Positions 9,527-16,271 of a stretch of DNA of 16,574 nt are shown here, piece by piece. Origin of the DNA: Octopus sinensis. Lineage: Eukaryota. The translations under genes were made by a program, and so were the position numbers. Below the pieces are notes generated by a model. It ran no database searches, was not told the origin of the DNA, and saw only the letters and a program-made list of their open reading frames with translations. The DNA lies in NCBI RefSeq assembly GCF_006345805.1, contig NW_021825077.1, positions 1-16,574 on the forward strand. The letters run 5' to 3'. Positions within the stretch are counted from its first letter, which is position 1. Every line of letters starts with the position of its first letter.

Positions 9527-10215
9527 ATAATTAATAATATCAAAGGTAATAAGAAATATTAGAAATTTCTACCACCAGTGGCCTAGCGTTTAAAAATTTT
9601 GTCAATAGACTATATATTATTCATATAAATACAGTGTGCATTTAAACACTTAAGAGGCATCCATCATAGGACTCCTTGCACGCTAGACAGAACAGTTAAA
9701 TTCCAAACCACTATTAGGGATAAAACTTCAAAGGGAATGAAAAATAAAAACATTTACCATCTAAATCCTGGGCCAATGGTTTCAGATTTTTTTAGCAAAT
9801 AAAACAATTTGCTAGGCGAAATCTTCTTCAGCAGGTACACCTTAGATTAAACATATATACGCGAGGTAATCCAGTATATGCCCCGCGCTTATACATTCTA
9901 ATCTTCCAAATTTACCGCGCAAGCGCAGCTCCTTGCCTGCAGTAAATAAAAATGCCGGCTTTTCAATTCGAAAATAATCCAGAAAAAATTATCAATAATT
10001 AATAATATCAAGGGTAATAAGAAATACTAGAAATGTATACTACCAGTGGCCTAGCGTGTAAAAATTGAGTCAATAGACTATGTATTATTCATATAAATAC
10101 ATTCCCTTCATTTCCCTTCGAAGTTTTATCCCTAATAGTGGTTTGGAATTTACTGTTCTGTCTAGCTTACAAGGAGTCCTATGATGGATGCCTCTATGTG
10201 TTTAAATGTACACTG

Positions 10216-10218
<3 letters not shown>
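9527..10218 (-). mobile_element. Non-coding hammerhead-bearing retroelement (Penelope-like pseudo-LTR or retrozyme-like), A-B-C-A'-inverted B' structure
   Basis: 106-bp direct repeats at 9527-9632 and 9995-10100 (9 mismatches, period 468 bp). About 110-bp inverted repeats at 9633-9740 and 10101-10218. A hammerhead fold lies in the unique middle segment. The PLE assignment is inferred from the ribozyme plus this repeat architecture; no RT or GIY-YIG ORF is present. Confidence 0.75.
9759..9847 (-). ncRNA. Type I hammerhead ribozyme (cleavage triplet variant GCC)
   Basis: Minus strand: ATCTAA-GGTGTA-CCTG CTGAAGA AGATTT-CGCC-TAGCAAAT-TGTTTT-ATTTGCTA-AAA-AAATCT GAA ACC-ATT-GG-C-C CAGG-AT-TTAGAT. 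Both core boxes are present and stems I, II and III all pair. Position 16.1 is C instead of U. Confidence 0.85.

Positions 10219-10278
<60 letters not shown>
10219..10278. repeat. (TA)n microsatellite
   Basis: Visible run; supplies the mariner left TA. Confidence 0.97.
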
Positions 10279-10282
<4 letters not shown>

Positions 10283-11273
10283 GTTGGCAACTAAGTTCCC
10301 GCCGTTTTTTTTTTAAATTTGGAATCTATTTTTTTCGAGAATTCTATTTTCGAGTCATTTTGGAGTCTATTTTGTTTTTTTTTTCTTTCTAGTTAATTTT
10401 AGTTACTTTTTGTTTATTTTCAGATCATTAAAATGGAATGTCAAGTTAAGAAAAACGAGCATTTTCGACACCTCCTTCTTTTTGCATTTAATCAAGATTC
10501 TAAGGCTTCAAAAGCTGCTCGCGACATTTATGCTGTGTATGTAGAGGGTGCCATCGCCGAAAGTACCGCTCGTGATTGGTATGCCAAGTTCAAAAATGGA
10601 AATTTTAACCTCAAAGACGCACCTCATTCTGGCCGTCCAGTTGAGTTCGATGAAGAGCGATTAAACCAACTTTTGCACGAAAATTCTCGTCAAACGACAA
10701 GGGAACTGGTAGAGAAAATGGAATGCTCCCACACTGCTATAAAGAAGCATCTTCACTCGATGAGAAAGGTTCAGAAGTATGGAGCATGGGTTCCGCATGC
10801 TTTAAGTGACAACAACAAAAATCAACGAACCACAGTCTCCGCTGGGTTGCTTGCTCGTCACCGCTCAACTCATGGACACAAGCAACGATTTCTTTATCGA
10901 ATCGTTACTGGCGACGAAAAATGTTGCCTGTACATCAATATGAAGCAGCATAAGGAATGGCTTAGCCTCAGTAAACAAGCGACACCGTGCGTAAAACAAG
11001 ATCTTCATCCACGTAAAACGATGTTGTGCATATGGTGGGACTGGGAAGGGATTATCCATTACGAATGGCTTGAACGGAACCAAACGGTCAACGCGGAACT
11101 CTATGTTCAGCAGATGGAACGACTCAACACGGTATTGAAAATCTTGTTGAACGTTGGGAAGAAGTTGTAAACAACAAGGGCGAATACATTATTGATTAAT
11201 TAGTTGTTAGTTTTTATTAAACTTTAAACAAATTTTATTAAAAAAAACGGCGGGAACTTAGTTGCCAATCTAA
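10279..11273 (+). mobile_element. Tc1/mariner (mariner) DNA transposon, internally deleted, both TIRs and TA TSD present
   Basis: Left TIR TTGGGTTGGCAACTAAGTTCCCGCCGTTTTTTT matches the right TIR (reverse complement TTAGATTGGCAACTAAGTTCCCGCCGTTTTTTT) with 2 mismatches. TA flanks at 10277-10278 and 11274-11275. Length is 995 bp, against about 1.3 kb typical for mariners. Confidence 0.96.
10433..11170 (+). CDS. Truncated mariner transposase (DNA-binding domain, WVPHAL linker and first catalytic Asp; second and third Asp deleted)
   Basis: 245-aa ORF with EHFRHLLLF, SGRP, WVPHAL, IVTGDEK and MLCIWWD. After ERLN (about 11130) it jumps to the native C-terminus in another frame (GIENLVERWEEVVNNKGEYIID*, ending about 11199). 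The HDNA and YSPDLAPSD motifs are absent. Confidence 0.9.
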   Translation: MECQVKKNEHFRHLLLFAFNQDSKASKAARDIYAVYVEGAIAESTARDWYAKFKNGNFNLKDAPHSGRPVEFDEERLNQLLHENSRQTTRELVEKMECSHTAIKKHLHSMRKVQKYGAWVPHALSDNNKNQRTTVSAGLLARHRSTHGHKQRFLYRIVTGDEKCCLYINMKQHKEWLSLSKQATPCVKQDLHPRKTMLCIWWDWEGIIHYEWLERNQTVNAELYVQQMERLNTVLKILLNVGKKL

Positions 11274-11296
11274 TATATATATATAATATATATATA

Positions 11297-11343
<47 letters not shown>

Positions 11344-11348
11344 ATATA
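11274..11348. repeat. (TA)n microsatellite
   Basis: Visible run. Confidence 0.96.
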
Positions 11349-11469
11349 CGGTTTAAGTAATTGAGATTCGAGTGAATTCTAATGAATTCACATGAATATG
11401 GTCCTTAACTAGGATGCACCGGAAATCTATATGGTGTTAACCACACGACAAGTGGGGTGATTACAAATA

Positions 11470-11657
11470 GGAAAAAAGCAACAAGAATGGATTAAAATCT
11501 CGGTATCTACCCCTTTTGATGTTTGGGAATCTCTGATGTTTTTTCGGCTGACGAGTACGAGCCATCTATATTTACTGCATTTTTTGTAGCTTATTAAAGA
11601 TGTCCTCGTACGAAACAATTGTACCGAGATTTTAATCCATTCTTCTTGCTTTTTTCC
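11470..11657. mobile_element. MITE with long TIRs and TA TSD (Tc1/mariner-type non-autonomous element)
   Basis: 11467-11505 and 11622-11660 are inverted repeats with 38/39 identity (including the flanking TA) around a 116-bp spacer. TA lies at 11468-11469 and 11658-11659. Confidence 0.75.
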
Positions 11658-11675
11658 TATATATATATATTAATA

Positions 11676-11975
11676 TGAATTAGAGATAAAACCACTATTA
11701 TGCAACTCAAACAATGATAGACATAAACCAATACATAAATAACAAATAATATATATTTTTATAAAACCTATAACTTATAACTAGATCTCAAAAACAATAA
11801 AAATGAATGATCAATATATAATATAATAATTAAAAAAACTACGTACGTTTCATGGCTACAATTAAATTCGAATTACAATTAAGTTTAAGTTCAATTGAAA
11901 TAAATTCGATTTAAAATTATAGTCAATCTTCAGGTTAATGATAATAGTTAAACAAATAAGCAAATAGAGTTAAAC
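11676..11975 (-). mobile_element. About 300-bp AT-rich hammerhead-bearing unit (solo Penelope-like pseudo-LTR or retrozyme-like monomer)
   Basis: Non-coding segment bounded by TA tracts on both sides and containing a complete hammerhead core. The boundaries are approximate. Confidence 0.6.
11837..11936 (-). ncRNA. Minimal type I hammerhead ribozyme with palindromic stem III and intact GUA cleavage triplet
   Basis: Minus strand: AAC CTGAAGA (11933-11927) TTGACTATAATT...75-nt imperfect hairpin...AATTGTAGCCAT GAA ACGTACGT A GTT. Stem I is AAC/GTT, ACGTACGT is a perfect palindrome, and predicted cleavage is between 11840 and 11839. Confidence 0.85.
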
Positions 11976-11990
11976 ATATAATATATATAT

Positions 11991-12030
<40 letters not shown>

Positions 12031-12052
12031 TATACATATACACATACATATA
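11976..12052. repeat. (TA)n/(TACA)n microsatellite
   Basis: Visible run. Confidence 0.93.
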
Positions 12053-12349
12053 TGGGTACAGATGTCACCAACGGTTCAAACAACATGGAATACGTAAACA
12101 ACGAGAAAAAAGGAAAACCAGGACAAGTAAACACAGAGAAAAGACCCTTCATCAGTTGTCGGCTGTCTATCTACTCCTCATTTCGAGCATTCAGCGACAA
12201 AATATATGTATGTGTGTATGCATGCATATATAAACGCACTCATATTAATGTTTATTTTGAAGTGTAGTTATATACAAAAAGAGTATACTCAAATGAATTA
12301 TAGGGTCACTCAACGGGTTTGAGTATCTTCATGTTTATGGAGGCTGGCG

Positions 12350-12765
12350 CTATTTGTTGGTATTCGCTCAGGTTCCTCGGGCAACCCTCCGAGCAGTGTT
12401 CCACTCAGTCTCCATCTCTACGAGATACCTCCTCATCCGCCTTGACCCTGTGACACGTGGCCAACATGAGCAGTCATACAAGCCAAATCCTCAAGGAGAG
12501 AAAACTACACGCAGGATCTAACATGGGAAATCGAGCTACGTGACCAAACAGGGTGAGTTGGCTCTCCCCAATCATACAAGTAACAGGACGCACCCCAGTT
12601 TCTAAGTAGATTCGTTGGTTGAATACAGAATCTGACCAATGGTAACCCATACTTCTACAAAGCGAATTGGTATTAAAGGAGTCCAAGCGGCTCCTAAGGG
12701 CCCTGGACAATCTCCACGTCTCGCAACTAAGGATAAAGATAGGGACGACCAGAAAGAATATACTG
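12350..12765 (-). mobile_element. Decayed RTE-clade LINE fragment (post-RT region)
   Basis: The minus ORF reads VPIFILSCETWRLSRALRSRLDSFNTNSLCRSMGYHWSDSVFNQRIYLETGVRPVTCMIGESQLTLFGHVARFP. This matches the RTE pattern P.LLYGCETW.L....RLD.F....LRRI.GY.W.D.VSN......QL...GHVAR. Confidence 0.82.
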
Positions 12766-12789
12766 ACTCTCTCTCTCTCTCTCTCTCTC
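12766..12789. repeat. (CT)n microsatellite
   Basis: Visible run. Confidence 0.93.
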
Positions 12790-12790
12790 A

Positions 12791-13620
12791 CGGGATTCGG
12801 CATATCCGTCGAAAACGTATTGACCGAAAATGAAATTGATCGAAAACATATTGGTCTATATACACCGGAAGATATGTTTGTAGAACAGAAGAGAAATACA
12901 CAAAAACTGAATTCATCTTTATAAAACTGTTTCTAGTTTTAAAATAAGAACAAATTAATTTTGAAATGAAATATTTTTTTCATTTATTTTCAGGGTTTCT
13001 GTCATTTTTATAAGAAAATAAATAGAAACAGAAATACATCGTTAAAGTCTAATCTGAAAGGGAAAAAAATCATTAAGGTGTTTGCATATGACCCCATGAT
13101 GATCTGCGTGTTATGTCTTGACCAGGAAACGATCCACTCATATCACAAATTGAGTTTTAGGATGGTGTACAATATTCATAGCCGTAGTTTGCGCATTCGC
13201 AACGGAAGTAAGTTTCGACGGAAGTGTGTAAGGATTAGAGGAAGTCCACAGATAAGGCATAGCACAGATTTGGTTGGAAGAAATGTTGCTCATTGACCCC
13301 CCCCCCACTCACATACAGTATTGTTCTTTAGTGGAGAGCATGCTGCGCCCACTGGTTGGAAGATGTGGCCACTTCTCCGGAACATCCAATCTTGATAGAT
13401 CTTTTAAACAATTTATTGTAATTTTATAATCAGAAGAAAATATTTTTCAAATGGAATATATTTTTAATTTTCAAAATAATAATCATTGCATTTTTTTATT
13501 TATGTTTTTAATTATGTCTTTGAAAAATATAATTTCCACCTTTTCGTACATGAATGTTTTCGATCACGTTGTCTCTCGGTCAATATTCTTACGATCAATG
13601 TTTTCGACTTATAGTTCTTA
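12791..13620. mobile_element. Putative non-autonomous DNA transposon with imperfect, internally repetitive terminal inverted repeats
   Basis: Left end: GTCGAAAAC (12808), TATTGACCGA, GATCGAAAACAT (12838-12849). Right end, reversed: GTCGAAAACAT (13608-13598), TATTGACCGA (13585-13576), GATCGAAAACAT (13565-13554). The same motifs occur in mirrored order. TSD and superfamily are not resolved. Confidence 0.5.
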
Positions 13621-13687
13621 AATCAATATATATGTGTATGTATGTGCGTTCGAATATATGCATATAAATATTTGTCTATGTGCATGT

Positions 13688-13733
13688 TTGTATGTATGTA
13701 TGTATGTATGTATGTATGTATGTGTGTGTGTGT
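13688..13733. repeat. (TATG)n/(TG)n microsatellite
   Basis: Visible run. Confidence 0.95.
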
Positions 13734-13932
13734 ATGCATGTATATATTCGTGAATTTCTTAAATTTTGGGTTATTTTGTGCCATAAGCACACAATATCCT
13801 AAAAACAGTTATTCGTGAATAAACAATATTCTATGAACAAATACACACAAATTTACGCCAAATTTAAAAAAAACAAACTTTTCAATATTGTAAGGTACAC
13901 GAATATCCTTGTCTAATTTCATCCAATACTCC

Positions 13933-13987
13933 ACATACATACATACATACATACATACATACATACATACATACATACATACATACA
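13933..13987. repeat. (TACA)n microsatellite
   Basis: Visible run. Confidence 0.95.
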
Positions 13988-14001
13988 ATATACATATGCA
14001 T

Positions 14002-14173
14002 AGGCGCAGGAGTGGCTGTGTGGTAAGTAGCTTGCTAACAAACCACATGGTTCCGGGTTCAGTCCCACTGCGTGGCATCTTGGGCAAGTGTCTTCTGTTA
14101 TAGCACCGGGCCGACCAATGCCTTGTGAGTAGATTTGGTAGACGGAAACTGAAAGAAGCCTGTCGTATATATG

Positions 14174-14208
<35 letters not shown>

Positions 14209-14405
14209 TTGTGTGTCTGTGTTTGCCCCCCCCCCTAGCATTGCTTGACAACCGATGCTGGTGTGTTTACGCCCCGGCAAAATAGACAGATAGAATAAGT
14301 ACTGGGCTTACAAAGAATAAGTCCCGGGGTCGATTTACTCGACTAAAGGCGGTACTCCAGCATGGCCGCAGTCAAATGACTGAAACAAGTAAAAGATTAA
14401 AAGAG
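14002..14405 (+). mobile_element. Full-length tRNA-derived SINE with CORE-like motif and internal microsatellite
   Basis: A box TGGCTGTGTGG (14013-14023), B box GGTTCAGTCCC (14056-14066), TCTTGGGCAAGTGTCTT (14078-14094, resembling the MIR/CORE CCTTGGGCAAGTCACTT), internal (TA)n(TG)n at 14166-14216 and an AAAAGA-type tail. Partial copies lie at 6153 and 9151. Confidence 0.92.
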
Positions 14406-14985
14406 TATGTGCAAATACACTCACACACATACATATATATCCATATACAGGCAATCCATATCGTTTCCGTTTACGTCTTTTTTGACTTTACATCGGTTTT
14501 CTGGTTTAAAAAAAAAATTAATAGTAACATTAAATATTTCAACTTAAGCAGTCAATCCGACTTTACGTCGGTCTTAGTGAAAGCATTTTTAAAAAAAACA
14601 CCTAAAAAGCAATACTAAAGTGGAGAATCTAATGAAATCCATGTGAAAATATTTACAAATCCTTTATTAAAACAGATAGAAGCTAATAAGTTTTTTACAA
14701 TTTTTTGCTGGTTACAGCAAAAGTCCAAGTAAAGATGCGTGTCTTGTAAATAGCAACATAAGTTGAGGCATGCCTGTATATCTATTTATATAAAAACTAC
14801 GGATGCTATGGAATGCCTGATGTATATCCAGCACCAGGAGCATTTCCAGTGTGTGATGATATTAGGTAGCCAATAACCGTGGACGAGCTTTGCTTGACAT
14901 CCTATAAGGTTTTCACCTGAATCGTATTTAACTTATAAATACATATGCATACAGACATCGAATGATATATAACATTATATGCGTA

Positions 14986-15002
14986 TATATTTATATATAT
15001 AT

Positions 15003-15066
<64 letters not shown>
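14986..15066. repeat. (TA)n microsatellite
   Basis: Visible run. Confidence 0.96.
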
Positions 15067-15070
<4 letters not shown>

Positions 15071-15239
15071 CTTTACTACCCACAAGGGGCTAAAGACAGA
15101 GGGGACAAACAAGGACAGACAAAGGGATTAAGTCGATTACATCGACCCCAGTATGCAACTGGTACTTAATTTATCGACCCCGAAAATATGGCTACGCATT
15201 TCGCCCGGCGTGCTAACGATTCTGCCAGCTCGCCGCCTT
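15067..15239 (-). mobile_element. tRNA-derived SINE (9288 family) with about 60-bp internal deletion removing the B box
   Basis: The reverse complement matches 9288-9515 except that the segment between TATTTCG and CTTTTCG is missing. Confidence 0.92.
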
Positions 15240-15927
15240 GTGTATATATACATAAGGCGGCGCCTTATATATATATATATATATATAGACGATAAGAAAA
15301 CGGAGAAAACATAATAATAAGAAGTGTGTCTTTTGCGCTAGGAAGCCATTATATATATTTTCCTCCCCATGGTACAGAGAAACAATCCTAAAATCACTCT
15401 CATAATTCTTAACTAATTAAATAATGGCTTCCGACCGCAAAAGACTCTTCTTTTTGTTATTTTTCTTCCATTTTCTTATCGTCTCTATAAATTAAACTAC
15501 GGTTTACCTTTCTAAATTACCTGCTGCCGCATACCTTTCACCAAGGACTATACTTACTGGGGTAATCACCAGGAGTGCCTTTGGATATATCAATCCCTTG
15601 GAGGCTTTAAACACCTCCAACTTATGCCTGCATAACATAAGCACGCACACGCACACACCGACACATCTGCATATAAATATATAAACTTACACATACGCAC
15701 CTACATATAAGGGTGTGTGTACACGTAGTGAACTAGTTTGGACTAGCTCAAAGAAAGAGAGAATTCAATGTATTTGTAGAGTAGCAATTTTATGGTGAGC
15801 ATTGACAAGTTTAATACCTCGAAATGACAATGTCATTTCATCCTAGACAGGAATTCTCTCCGACTGTCCGACGCCGTAAACTTTCCAATAAATCACACAC
15901 ACACACACACACCTATAAATATATATA

Positions 15928-16227
15928 CAGTGGCGGACTGGCCAGTTTGCCAGCTTGCCCGATGGCAAGTGGGCCCCTGCGCCATTAGGATCCATATATG
16001 GGAGACCGTCTTAGTATCTAAGGGGCCCATTCCCTCAAGTTGGAGAATTTTTTTAATTCACTCCTGGAAGAATGCATTAATTACTTCAACCTGGCTGTGT
16101 TTGTAGACAGGTGAAAATAATACTTTTAGCAAAAAAAAAAAAAAAAAAAAAATTAAATGATAGCATTATAGTTGTGAGTGGGCCCCTTAGTCTCCTGGCA
16201 ACCAATATTTTTAGACCCAGTTCGCCA

Positions 16228-16230
<3 letters not shown>
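15928..16230. mobile_element. hAT-type MITE (about 303 bp)
   Basis: TIR CAGTGGCGGACTGG (15928-15941) pairs with CCAGTTCGCCACTA (16217-16230), 12/14. GGGCCC motifs recur at about 15969, 16023 and 16180. It is inserted in a TA tract, so an 8-bp TSD cannot be read. CAGTGGCG termini are typical of hAT non-autonomous elements. Confidence 0.75.

Positions 16231-16268
<38 letters not shown>
16231..16268. repeat. (TA)n microsatellite
   Basis: Visible run. Confidence 0.96.

Positions 16269-16271
<3 letters not shown>

Noticed and set aside
9527-10100. Direct repeats read as LTRs of an LTR retroelement or as a CRISPR-like array
   Set aside because: No TG...CA termini, PBS or PPT, only two repeats, and the context is eukaryotic. 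The hammerhead and inverted segment fit a Penelope-type unit better.
12050-12205. Minus-strand CTGATGAAGGG (about 12152) with an upstream CTCGAAA, tested as a type II hammerhead
   Set aside because: Stem I cannot form and stem III is not credible. Probably part of an unclassified repeat.
12284-12335. ATACTCAAA/TTTGAGTAT inverted repeat next to ATGAAGA on the minus strand
   Set aside because: The core lacks the initial C and there is no GAAA box; only a small hairpin.
14796-14870. Short open frame NYGCYGMPDVYPAPGAFPVCDDIR ending at AG|GTAGCC
   Set aside because: No splice acceptor upstream and no recognisable homology.
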